In this document: positions 50,301 through 62,908 of the stretch, in pieces
Numbering within the stretch: the stretch's first letter is position 1
Layout of the letters: every line of letters starts with the position of its first letter
DNA from: Balanoglossus misakiensis
Taxonomy: Eukaryota > Animalia > Hemichordata
Direction of reading: 5' to 3'
DNA: 64,000 bases
Assembly: GCA_040954595.2 (NCBI GenBank)
Contig: CM082593.2
Location: 9,619,200-9,683,199 of the forward strand
The notes under the pieces: generated by a model
What the model was told of the DNA's origin: nothing
The model's input: only the letters and a program-made list of their open reading frames with translations
Database searches by the model: none
Program-made: the position numbers and the translations under genes

Positions 50301-52874
50301 CAAAAAATGAAGAAATTTTGAACGTTCGCAATGTTGAAAAATTGTCATTTTGGGATGATGTTCATGGGCTATAACCCTTGATTTTTTTCTTCAAAAATGT
50401 GAAGAAATTTTGAACTTTCGCAAAGATGAAAAATTGTCATTTTGGATGATTTTCATGATCTATAACGCATGATTTTTTTTAAAAAATGAAGAAATTTTGA
50501 AATTTCACGAAGTCGAAAAATTATAATTTTTTGATGGTTTTCATGAGCTGTAACGCATGATTTTTTTCAAAAAATGAAGAAATTTTGAAATTTCGCAAAG
50601 CCGAAAAATTGTCATTTTTGGATGGTTTTCATGATCCATGATTTTTTTCAAAAAATGAAGAAATTTTGAACTTTCGCCATGTGGAAAAATTGTCATTTTT
50701 GGATGATTTTCATTAGCTATAACCCATGATTTTTTTCCAAAAAATGAAGAAATTTTGAACTTTCAAAAAGTCAAAAAATGTAATTTTTTGATGGTCTTCA
50801 TGAGCTGTAACCCATGATTTTTTTCAAGAAAACGAAGAAATTTTGAACTTTCGCAACGTCGATAAGTTTTTATTTTTTGATGATTTTCAAGAGCCAAAAC
50901 CCACGATTTGTTTTCCAAAAATGTGAAGAGATGTTGAACTTGTGCAAAGTCGAAATTTTGTCATTTTGGACAATTTTCATGACCCATGATTTTTTTCAAA
51001 AAATGAAGAAATTTTGAACTTTCGCAATGTGGACAAATTGTCATTTTTGGATGATTTTCATGAGCTATAACGCATGATTTTTTTCTTAAAAAATGTGAAA
51101 AAATGTTGAACGTTCGCAATGTTGAAAAATTGTCATTTTGGGATGATGTTCATGGGCTATAACCCTTGATTTTATTTCTTCAAAAATGTGAAGAAATGTT
51201 GAACTTTCGCAAAGATGAAAAATTGTCATTTTTGGATGATTTTCATGATCTATAACGCATGATTTTTTTCTTCAAAAATGTGAAGAAATTTTGAACTTTC
51301 GCAATGTGGAAAAATTGTAATTTTTGATTGATTTTCATGAGCTATAACGCATGATTTTTTTCTTTAAAAATGTAAAGAAAATTTGAACTTTCTCAATGTG
51401 GAAAAATTTTCATTTTTGGATGATTTGCATTTTCTATATCCCATGATTTTCTTCAAAATGTGAAGAAAATTTGATCTTTCGCAATGTGGAAAAATTGTCA
51501 TTTTTGGATGATTTTCATGAGCTATAACGCATGATTTTTTTCTTCAAAAATGTAAAGAAAATTTGAACTTTCGCAATGTGGAAAAATTGTCATTTTCGGA
51601 TGATTTTCATTAGCTATAACCCATGATTTTTTTCAAAAAAGGGAAGAAATTTTGAAATTTCGCAAAGTCGAAAAATTGTCATTTTTGGACGATTTTCATG
51701 AGCTGTAACTCATGATTTTTTTCAAAAAATTATGAAATTTTGAACTTTCGCAATGTGGAAAAATTGTAATTTTTGATTGATTTTCATGAGCTATAACGCA
51801 TGATTTTTTTCTTCAAAAATGTGAAAAAATGTTGAACGTTCGCAATGTTGAAAAATTGTCATTTTGGGATGATGTTCATGGGCTATAACCCTTGATTTTT
51901 TTCTTCAAAAATGTGAAGAAATATTGAACTTTCGCAAATATGAAAAATTGTCATTTTTGGATGATTTTCATGATCTATAACGCATGGTATTATTCTTCAA
52001 AAATGTGAAGAAATTTTGAACTTACGCAATGTGGAAAAATTGTCATTTTTGGATGATTTTCATGAGCTATAACCCATGATTTTTTTCTTCAAAACTGTGA
52101 AGAAATGTTGAACTTTCGCAAAGTCAAAAAATACTCCTTTTTGGGTGATTTTCATGATCTGTTACTCATGATTTTTTTTAAAAAATGAAGAAATTTTGAA
52201 ATTTCGCAAAGTCGAAAAATTGTAATGTTTTGATGGTTTTCATGAGCTGTAACGCATGATTTTTTTCAAAAAATGAAGAAATTTTGAAATTTCGCAAAGT
52301 CGAAACAATTGTTATTTTTGGGTGATTTTCATGACCCATGATTTTTTTCAAAAATGTGAAGATATTTTGAACTTTCGCAAAGTCTAAAAATAGTCATTTT
52401 TGGACGATTTTCAGGACCTATAACCCATGATTTTCTTCAAAAAATGAAGAAATTTTGAAATTTTGCAAAGTCGAAAAATTGTTATTTTGGGGTGATTTTT
52501 ATGACCCATGATTTTTAAAAATTTTCATTTTTGGATGATTTTCATGAGCTATAACGCATGATTTTTTTCTTCAAAAATGTGAAGAAATTTTGAACTTTCG
52601 CAATGTGGAAAAATTGTAATTTTTGGATTATTTTCATGAGCTATAACCCATGATTTTTTTCAAAAAAGCGAAGAAATTGTGAACTTTCGCAAAGTCGAAA
52701 AATTCTCATTTTTGGAATACGGAGTGCTGAGCAGAGAGAAAGATAAACTCGCTCAAACCGTCTTTTTCTGTCCGCATGACCAACCAAGGAGCGAAAAAGT
52801 CATTATTTAGGTCGTAATAAAACGTTTTTGTCGCCGAGGGTTGAATAAAAAACGGTCAGATCATTGCGGGGGAA

Positions 52875-52964
52875 GGGAACTCTTATTCGCACCGCTGCGG
52901 TGCAGGGAACTCCTATTCGCACCGCTGCGGTGCAGGGAACTCCTATTCGCACCGATGTGGTGCA
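52875..52964 (+). repeat. 30-bp minisatellite x3 with an internal hairpin
   Basis: GGGAACTCCTATTCGCACCGCTGCGGTGCA repeated three times; GCACCG/CGGTGC stem. Confidence 0.85.
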
Positions 52965-53195
52965 AATAAGATCATTGGAATTATGCTGCAATAGAGTGCG
53001 GAAATTTCCGACTTTTTCGAGTACGCATCATGATGGCGAAGGGTTCAGGAAAGCTAGCCATTTACCTGAAGGTGTCAACTGATGTTGGTTCGAGACCAAT
53101 TTTTTTCTATTTCTTTTTTTTTTTGTGAGAACTTTTAACGACATCATCATTGTAAAGTCCGCAGCTCGGCATTTAATTGCGGGTCGAGAGGTACG

Positions 53196-55868
53196 AACAG
53201 TATAGAAAACATTTTCCAATTTCCGAAAAGTAGCCGTTTTTTAAACTTTTTTCAAGGAAATTAGTGTTTTGTTCACAGTACAATATATTTCGATATTTTT
53301 CTATGATTATTTTCAAGATGTTTGCGAGTGTGCAGAAAGAAAAGAATAAACTGTGAAATTTCCATAGAAATAATGAAGGAGCCATCTTTAGGTTGTATGG
53401 ATTTGAATATTTCATTGAAAAAAACTAATAACTAAATTATGAATTCAATTAATAGTACAATTTGCAAAAAATTGCTAGTCACTCCAGAAGGGTCAGTGCT
53501 TGGAAATGTGAGAGCCTGGAAATTTCCAAGCACTGACAAGGGTCAGTGGTCGGAAATTTCCAGACACTCAGGGAATGTGAGAGCCTGGAAATTTCCAAGC
53601 ACAGACAAGGGTCAGTGGTCGGAAATTTCCAGACACTCAGGGAATGTGAGAGCTTAGAAATTTCCAAGCACTGACAAGGGTCAGTGGTCGGAAATTTCCA
53701 GACACTCAGGGAATGTGAGAGCCTAGAAATTTCCAAGCACTGACAGGGTTAGTGGCCGGAAATATCCAGTCACTCGGGGAATGTGAGAGCCTGGAAATTT
53801 CCAAGCATTGACAGGGTCAGTGCTTGGAAATCTTGAGTTTCTCTATCATGTTTCAAATTATGGCCTTTAGGAAAACGATCTGTTGAGGAACTTCGCCTGT
53901 ATTTATATCTTCAACCCTACGGATGAGTTTGGTCGTTTGACTGCGGTGGCCTCTTCTGCTGTTCTTCTCTCTCTCCATGCCCGACATCCTGGTCTCGGCA
54001 CCAACAAATGTACCGCGTACACTTGGGAATAGGTTCGGAATGAAGAGAGAGGGGCGGGATGGCCAATACTTCTTTATATACAGTGGTTTGAACTGTGACA
54101 TTTGGTAACACTGCATAATTCAAGAAAAATAGCATTTGGTAGTTGTGAAGTTGTGACTTTGTATACAGAGTAGAAAGAACAATTGTGTCAGATAAACAAT
54201 ACCAATTCCCAATAAACAACTAGTGTATGGGCTAACTCAGAGGAGTTGGTAGGCGAAGCCTGTCATGAACATTGGGACGCTAAGGCTCCTTAGACAAACC
54301 TGTTGCGTCTGCGGTCCAGATCCGTACCAGAGCTTTTCGCCGAAATTCGATTTTATCGGGAGAATATCCTTTCCCTGTCTACTAACCGGTTATAACCGAC
54401 TCCACGATTGACTTCTTCTAACATCCGAACCGCTCGCTTTCTGAAACTTTTGTGTTTACCCATTGAGATAACCTCACTGTATTCAATATGGCGATCTCAA
54501 CAGGTAAACACAAGAGAAAATCAGAAAGCGAGTGGCTCGGAAGTTAATTACATCATATTTGGAGTCATTTGTGGGTAGACGGGGGAAAGATTCCCCCCGA
54601 TAAAATCCAATCTCGGCCGAAAAGCTGCTGTCCGGATCCGGATCTCAGACGAATCAGGTTTGTCCATGGAGCCTTGCAGAGATGTGGTGGAAGCCGTGTA
54701 TTAAACGCCGGGAGAACGCAGACATGTACGGAGGACTACCACGACCCTGTCAGTGCTTGGAAAGTTCAAGGCTCTCACATTCCCCGAGTGACTGGATATT
54801 TCCGACCACTGACCCTTGTCTGTGCTTGGAAATTTCTAAGCTCTCACATTCCCTGAGTGTCTGGAAATTTCCGACCACTGACCCTTGTCTGTGCTTGGAA
54901 ATTTCTAAGCTCTCACATTCCCTGAGTGTCTGGAAATTTCCGACCACTGACCCTTGTCAGTGCTTGGAAATTTCCAGGCTCTCACATTCCCTGAGTGTCC
55001 GGAAATTTCCGACCACTGACCCTTGTCAGTGCTTGGATATTTCTAAGCTCTCACATTCCCTGAGTGTCTGTGGAAATTTTCGACCACTGACCCTTGTCAG
55101 TGCTTGGAAATTTCCAGGCTCTCATATTCCCTGAGTGTCTGGAAATTTCCGACCACTGACCCTTGTCAGTGCTTGGAAATTTCCAGGCTCTCACATTCCC
55201 TGAGTGTCTGGAAATTTCCGACCACTGACCCTTGTCAGTGCTTGGAAATTTCCAGACTCTCACATTCCCTGAGTGTCTGGAAATTTCCGACCACTGACCC
55301 TTGTCAGTACTTGGAAATTTCCAAGCTCTCACATGCCACTGACTCTTTCCAAGTATTTTAGCCGCAAAATATGGATTTGTCAATGAGCAGTGCTTATTTC
55401 CTAAAATTCATACGAAATCCAACGGATTTGTGTGATACGGATATTAATCTAACAATTCTTGTAATAAATATTGGGTTTCAGATTTACTTTTTGATGCTAT
55501 TGTTTTTTCTGGCGAAATTTTACAAACAATTCACACACTTGCAAATTTTCAATAGAAATATTACTCATGATAAACATGGAGACAAAATTTCATTAGAAAA
55601 AAATCAAAAGGACTGTCATGTACGTGGCTTTGAAGGAGACTCAGTTTTTTCACAGATAAATTTTAATTTTAGTTTAAAGCCAAAATATGACAAAATGCAT
55701 TTTTCCTGCTGTACAGCTGCAGGAAAGAGACTAAGAATACCATTATGTAATTTTTTCATTAGAAATTGGCAAAGAATGGGGAATATTTTCATAAATTTCT
55801 AACTTTTTCAGCAGTAATTATGTAAAAAAGAGGTTTTTCGGAAATTGGAAAATGTTTTCTATACTGTT
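53196..55868. mobile_element. Non-autonomous TIR DNA transposon (2673 bp), copy 2, opposite orientation
   Basis: Same TIR, different 4-bp TSD (TACG at 53192-53195 and 55869-55872). 69-bp arrays at ~53490-53830 and ~54742-55345 with different copy numbers. Confidence 0.93.
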
Positions 55869-56761
55869 TACGGAGAATGCCATGATTTTACGCAACGGGA
55901 AACATCAGTAGCACAGCGATTTCTGACTCTGACCTCCTTAGCGCTGAGGTCACGTGTATATGAACTGAGCAAAATGGCGGGAATAAAATTAGATACAATG
56001 TAAACGCTCTACGTGAGAAGTGTTTTTTGAGCTATAGAAATCGAATTCAGTGAAGAAATGACATAAATGTTCTGTGTTTCGTGATATACTTTGAATATCT
56101 TTTGTCATTTTCTCGAAAAAGTTGGGCATTATACTGAACAAATCCATTTTCCTCCAGCGTGCAGGCGAATATTTGCATGTGAAAAGCACACATAGAACGT
56201 CACCTATTCAAATGCAAATTACTAAAAATGACGTACACTTGCATAAGGGCCCTTTTCCCTTGCGGCGACCCAAATATTAGTGATGATTTGCCTACTTTAT
56301 ATGCCAGCACAGTCATGGGGTGACTGTGATGATGGTCGACAGTTAATACATTTGGAAAAAAAATTGTCTTGACATGTCTTTATATGCTGCAGTCATGTCT
56401 GTAACTCCATGGTCATACAATATATTGAAACAGTCTGAGAATGTAAGTTGACCACACTAAAAGTAGGACTGATCACAAATAAATATAAAACTAGATAGTT
56501 TCAGCTATAAGAAAGTGTAAGCTTACATTTCGTTCTATACTTGTCCTTCAACGACCCCATATTTGCACTGCTGGTTACAGTGTCATAAGTCCGCGTCCGT
56601 ACGCCAGCTGACAACAACCCGTGTAACAATCTGTTGGATAATGTTCATATCATTTCAAAGTTACGACGCGAGAGCATAATACATTGACGTATTCTTGGTA
56701 AATAAAAGATGACAAAACAATATAAGTCCGTATCATACAATGTCACTGTATTTACACTTAC

Positions 56762-57293
56762 CTGTAGTTGACGAGTAGTCTCCCGTTCGGTAAATACGGC
56801 GAAGAATTCCAATTGAATCCGTGATCTTCCTCGCACTTGAAACTGACCCTCCCCGCGTGGCCCATCATAGTCGTGCGCTTTGAGGCAAGAGTTCCTCGAC
56901 ATGCTCCGGAGTGTGATTCGACAGTTTTTACGAGGTTCTGGACAGAGAGGGTCGTTGTCAAATACATCTGGTCCGTTCTATTGGACACCTCTGGTACACT
57001 GGTTCGTGGAAAGCACCTTCTTCTGGTTCGTCACGCATACCACCATTGCCGTTCGTTTCATGACTCGTCAGGAAGAAATCAAGTACCGTTGATAACACGT
57101 CAAAATTTGTTGCCCTACCCTCCTTCATCAGATTTCGAAGCTTTGAAATTTTACGTTGAATTGCTGTCTTATCTTCAGTAGTTGGGCCAACAAAATCAAC
57201 ATTTCCGCGGACAGTGTTATCCCGCACCCGACGTATGTGACGATCCCTGATTGCTTCCCTAGTCATGGAAGGACAAATCTCTGAACCCGGCAT
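56762..57293 (-). pseudogene. Frameshifted 5' exon of a probable DNA-transposon (Kolobok/MULE-like) transposase
   Basis: Two overlapping ORFs join to give H..C...FKCEEDHGFNWNSSPYLPNGRLLVNYR, ending at a CAG|GTAAGT donor (~56761). No catalytic exon is visible. Confidence 0.4.
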
Positions 57294-58283
57294 GTTTAAA
57301 AAAAACTCGAAAAATTAAAAAAAATGTTGACTGAAAATCTAAAAATATATCAAATTGTAAATAAAGAAAAACTGCAAATGTTTAGTTTTTTTAATTTTTT
57401 ATTGGTATTTTAAAAATGTTTTCCTGTTTTTTTGGTTACTTTTTCATGAATATGCGAATTAGATATTACATATTCATGAGCACACAGGCATTGCCGAGCT
57501 TAGGTGGTTTCCAAGGCTTCAGCCTCCTGGTTGCGTGGGTTCATGTGTGCATGGAGGTACTAGAGAGAAGGAGCGAGGACGGATTTTAAGCGGATTAACT
57601 CCCTTTCTTCTGAAGTGTGATAAGCTTCTTAAGTCTTTGTGTTTCTGTGTTGAAAGCGTCCTTTGAACCCATTGTGCGTTACCGCCGATTTTACAGTTAG
57701 GTTTGCAAGATCTACGGGGTAATATTTCTATGATATTAAAAACACAATGCGCACATCGCGGACGAGCGTACTACATATGCGTGGTGACTTTTATTTACAT
57801 CTAGGGGTGAAGTTTACGCATCACCACTACCGGAAACGTGTCAGGCGGACGTCTTGGAAGACTTGTGACGTTATTTTTCTTCTTTGTACAACCAAAAAGC
57901 ATGATTTTGAAATGTATATTTTGAGTTTTTCGCAAACTTCCGCAAAAAACAATAAGTTGTTAGGTTTTCTTTGAAAACCAATCTTCCCGATGCAAGTATT
58001 TTTGTTCGCGTGGGATGGTGTGGGATGCCCGATAGTCACCATTGTAATTGCTAGTGCAGAGACTTTCGGCACAGCAGTTTGGTCTGGTTGAATATGCTAA
58101 ATGTAAATCATGGAGACACGCCGCCAGCTATAATTTGTTTATCTACGCAAGCGCACAGCTTTTATGAACGCCTATCAGGTGATAAAAGGATGAGATCCTA
58201 ATGATATCTGCAAACAGATTAAGACGCACATGGGGTTTATAGGAAACAATAGCGTCCTCGCTCCTTCTATCTAGTACCTCCAT

Positions 58284-58980
58284 AGTCTTGTTCTCACTAA
58301 AAGTTTTGACACCGGTGTAATGCCAGTGTTTACTCTCTGCAAACACAGGGGATTAGTCCACAGAATCTCCGTGCGTCCACACACTAAACTTTTGGCCACT
58401 GTTTTGAAATAAACATCGTCTAAATGGCCATGTTTAGCAACACGGCAACTAACAAAATTGAGGACGTCGAGGACATTACAGCAACATGTTGCAGTTTCTA
58501 TACCTGCATATGCGTTCTAGACGACTTTGTGACAGTTTTGATAATGTTTAGAAGTAAATGAATGTTAATCGATAAATGGAAAATGCCTCAGCTTTTCGGT
58601 GATCGAGAGAACCTTCCGAAAGTTGGTAGCAGACAGAAGTGTTGCAGACCATGCAAACTGCGAATGGTTTGAAAACCACTCACGTCCAGTGTGATTGACT
58701 TAACAATGGAAACTGACCAAAGACAATGGGCTATACCTAATAAACATACCCAAAAGTCACTGCAGGGTGGCGCTTTTGAACGGTGTTTGTTTATCTTTGC
58801 GTTCTCACTGACTATTTGCGTCGGAGCGCTGGCCCAGCACTGGCCCTGACCCGCCACCCATCGCCGTCGCAAATCAACACCGGCCCAACACCGGTGTAAA
58901 GCGTTCTCACTTGTTTTTTTCCGTCGGTGTCAAATCTACACCGCTGTAGCACCGGTGTAAACGTGCCAGTGAGAACGCCC
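58284..58980. mobile_element. Possible Harbinger-like MITE
   Basis: Right end AGTGAGAACGCCC, degenerate left end GTCTTGTTCTCACT, internal repeats GCGTTCTCACT and CACCGGTGTAA. Confidence 0.4.
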
Positions 58981-60792
58981 TATATGATGTGTGGGCCGGC
59001 GTGGACCGAAACGGCGAGGTTTTGACGAAAATTCGGCAAAAAAATGTCAAAAATCTCCCCGTTTCGGTCCTTAAATGTGCCCAAAGCTCATAACACATTC
59101 AGAAAACGACGTTTGCGAGCGAATGGACAGAAGTAAAATAGTCTATGGTATTGTATCGCGACAGACATGTGCATCGTGTGGGCGGTACGCGGTACATCCG
59201 ATTCATGTTGTTTTAGTCGATGCCTTCATTTCCTGCCAACGTAATCGTCGGTGTAAGACTGCTTTTTACGGTAAACTGTACAATGAAGGTAAGTTCTTAT
59301 CAGCTATTTTCGGATTGCATGTGATGAGAGTTTCGTTCGGTACGTGCGATCGATAGTATGGCATGCAGAGGACGGCCTAAGTATAATCTCATTCTGGGTC
59401 ATAGCAGTGGTGTTTTCTGGCAATTTTTGTCTGACATTTTGCGGGCAATTTTCTGATCGACACGGAAAAAGAGCCCGTAAAAAGGAAAAGTACAATTAGC
59501 CAGAAAACACCACAGCTGCAGCTATGGACCCACGCCACGCACAGTCTGACTTGGGCGGGAAAAACTTGTTTGTAGCATTTTCCTGTGCAACTAGGCCATA
59601 TGTTAATTACTTGTTTGTTAAGTCTTGTAACACTCCTTTGTCTCAATTTATTGTGTAGCACACTGTTATCAGTCTCCTTGTATTAACAAAGTGCCGGTGC
59701 AGGTGGTGTTTACAATGTGAGATTTGAACACTGCCAGGTTGGGGGTTGAAACCAAAGGGTCCCATTATTTTGGGAGAAGTGGTTCAACAACATTGTCAAG
59801 AAATGTGCATTTTTATGAGTGACAAATATAGATGATTGCCTTTCCATCAAAATTCAAAACTACATAGTTATTGTTTATTAACATCAAGCAGAAAATTGAA
59901 AGTCTCAGCCACAGCTACAAGATTGGTTGTGGCCACAGCCTGAACACAGACATACAAATGCCATGCATTTGGTACTAAATTTTGGTAGCAAATGACAAGG
60001 AAAGAACATCTGATTTGGAAGTAAATTATACAATGCAAACATTTGGAAAAATTATTTACAGTAAATTAAACCACAACAAAATGAACTTAAATTCACCAAA
60101 GTTAACAATATCTTGTATATTTACTCTGCATCAGAAGTCACAAAAATCTCCATGTCATTAGAAAAATATGCCATATTTCTGAATGTACGTGTAGTGTACA
60201 AAATATGTCCACACTGAGTAATCAAATTGCATGCACATAAAGCTGGAAATACTTCACCTCTCAGTTATAATCAATATTCCAGCGTTTCAAAAAATGTGTT
60301 GCCATTTTGTTTGTTTGTACAATTTCAATATACGTTTATTTCTCTTGTAATCTTCCAAATTTGGTGCACAACCCCAATGATTTATGCAATATTCTTGTTC
60401 CCACTCTTTGATTGACAGCTTGGCTATGCTGTATGATTTCATCAGCTTTGTTCCTACTTCACCTTAGCTTCTATATATTCATTTATTAACTTCTTATCAT
60501 TGGGAAGGGCCTTCAAAGAATTATTCGACTTCTTTTGTCTCTCCAAGGACAAATATCAGACTGTCCATCGTGGTTGAAGAAGTATCACTAACTTTACTCT
60601 GAGATTGATGACTCTTCATGTGTGGCTGTTATCTTTGCTGTTGATTTGGCAACTTCTTTGATACTTGACTTGCCTGAATGCAAACAAGAAAACAACATTA
60701 AGGTTTAACAGCAATAATAATGAGTTTTTCTTAAAGCAATTTCCTTTTGGGCCACTTAAACTGACCTGGGGTTCCGCAAGGTCAACATGAAA

Positions 60793-61232
60793 TATTGAAC
60801 ACCTATTGCCTGGCCATGAGGGCCATAGCGGCCGTTTATTACACCCGAGGGGCTGTGAGTTACCAGAATCATATGCGGCCGAGGGAAATAGCATATGATT
60901 CTGGTAACTCACAGTCACGAGGGGGTAAAAACGGCTGCTATGGCCCGAATATAGGCCAGGCTATAGGTGTTTTATAATAAACCTCATGCTAACAGCTGGG
61001 AAAATCTTGCAAATTTTTCTTGAGGCTGGCAGACGACATCTTCAGTGGTGGCCATTGTGTCAGACGACGCGACGCTGATTGACGTGACCGAGTCTGCGCA
61101 CTCACGCGGGTCACGTGACCGGTTTATATTTTTTCTGCTATTTCCCTAGCGGTTCATAGTCGATTCTATTTTCCTATCACGTGACGGATTCTGGCGAATC
61201 ACGGCACAGTATTAGCATGAGGTATATTATAA
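60793..61232 (-). mobile_element. Non-autonomous Crypton-like palindromic element in an intron
   Basis: Long hairpin AACACCTATTGCCTGGCC...GGCCAGGCTATAGGTGTT (60797-60972), second IR ACCTCATGCTAA/TTAGCATGAGGT, and TCACGTGA motifs. Same layout as the 22037 element, reversed. Confidence 0.55.
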
Positions 61233-62560
61233 ATGTACATATATGTGGGTGTGTCATGTTTCATATCTTTTCCCGTTCACACACATTTATCTTTCCTTTC
61301 TAAAATAAAATTGAAATGACTATCTCCTGCACTGTGACATAACTATGTGCTTGGAATGTGGGCTTGCAGATTTATTTGGGGATGGTGGGGGGGGGGGGAG
61401 GAAATAAGAATGAGTGGAACCTTGAAATGAACAATCCCATACATGGTAACTTCACTATAGTAATAGTTACCTTCTTGAGTGCAGCAATTTTCCATACCAT
61501 TGACTTCCATCCTTTCTGCTTCAACTGTCTCCTCAGTGTGCTCTGTTTCCAAATCACAGTCTGTCATGTTGATGTCTTCCCCTGTACTATGCTGTGTCTG
61601 TCTTGTATCTTCTATTGGTATACTGCAACGGGTCTCCTCAGCATTGCTACCATGTAATGTTATGTTCCTTTCAGGTACACTTGTCGGCTCGATGTCATTC
61701 ATGTCCATGGTGATATCAGGGGCAAGTATATCATCTTCTACTGAGAGGATGTGTTCATGGGAACCAGGATCAATCAACAAGTCATGGTCATCATCATCTA
61801 CACCAATTGGATGCTCTGGAATTTCCTCGGATTCTATAAGGTAGTATAAAATATTGACATTTTTTGTAGTGCTTGTATTATATAGTGTTATTTCAAAATT
61901 TATTACTGTTATAGACTAATCATAATTAAAAAATAATTTCAAACGTTCATTTAACTAAGCCGTTCCAGCCAGTATTTATGTCACTCAATTTTGCTAAATC
62001 AGGCGAGAAGCAACACATTTCGCCCATTAGATATACTTTCATTGAATTTATGTGGTATTGAAAGTTGAACATGGCTGGGTATATATAGGTCAATTAATTT
62101 TGACAGGCTGAAGTGAAAGAAATTCATATTTTTGAAAGTAATGTTTCCCCCAAAATTATATGCATACAGATGAAGTCACTTATTTGGTTTGACTGTGATG
62201 TAATATGCTCTTACGTCTGCTATCATCTTGAAAGCCTGTGACAGTGAGGCTACCACTTCTTTCACCATTGCTGTCATAGAGCTTTATCTTGTGGATTGGT
62301 AAAGCAATTGCTTCACTTCTTACTCTGTCCACACAATCTTACCAACACCTGTTGATATCACATTGTACCTTTTGCAGAGATTATGATCGGAAATGATGCA
62401 GATGAGGTCCTGGTTCCTATAGAAATAAACAGGTAAGGAGATTGATCAAACATTCTTTATATAACAGTTTACACACAACACCAATGGCTAATGTAAGTAC
62501 TATAATCTTGGACAATTTTTACAATATAATTTTCCAAAATAAATAAGGATTTGCATGCTG

Positions 62561-62908
62561 TTAAAGGGACAAAGTCTCTCTCTCTCGCTGCCCTTTTCCC
62601 ATTAATATTATGTTTCATTCAAGACACTGTTTATGTTAATGTACATGTGGATATATACTGAATGAACATTCAACCACACACACCTTCCATCCCGCTTGTA
62701 GACACAAGAGTGAAAAACCTTGCCAAAATGAACAATCGGTCTCTACCATTTATTCATTTTGGGCGAGTTTTTACTCTCATATACAAGCATGGTGGAACTT
62801 GTGTGTGGTTGAACGTTCATTCACTACATATACACATGTACATTAACATAAATGGTGTTTTGTATCAAACACAAAAAGAAAAAGGGCAGCGAGTGAGAGA
62901 CCTTTTTA
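62561..62908. mobile_element. Foldback MITE with a Kolobok-like left end, in an intron
   Basis: Starts TTAA-AGGGACA. Arms CTCGCTGCCCTTTT/AAAAGGGCAGCGAG and TTTATGTTAATGTACATGTG/CACATGTACATTAACATAAA. Right terminus is degraded. Confidence 0.6.

Larger units (their letters stand above)
32093..52715 (+). repeat. ~90-bp satellite array, block 2 (interrupted by HINEs)
   Basis: Same monomer and orientation as block 1. Local ~680-bp higher-order repeat (GCAAAGACAAAAAATTG at ~33042, 33723, 34403). Ends abruptly at ~52715. Confidence 0.97.

Noticed and set aside
3862-52715. Many 60-140 aa ORFs rich in K/F/I (e.g. MTIFRLCESSKFLHIF...)
   Set aside because: These are chance translations of the satellite and HINE repeats.
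61387-61401. Poly-G tract as a functional G-quadruplex
   Set aside because: It is a short intronic homopolymer with no supporting context.
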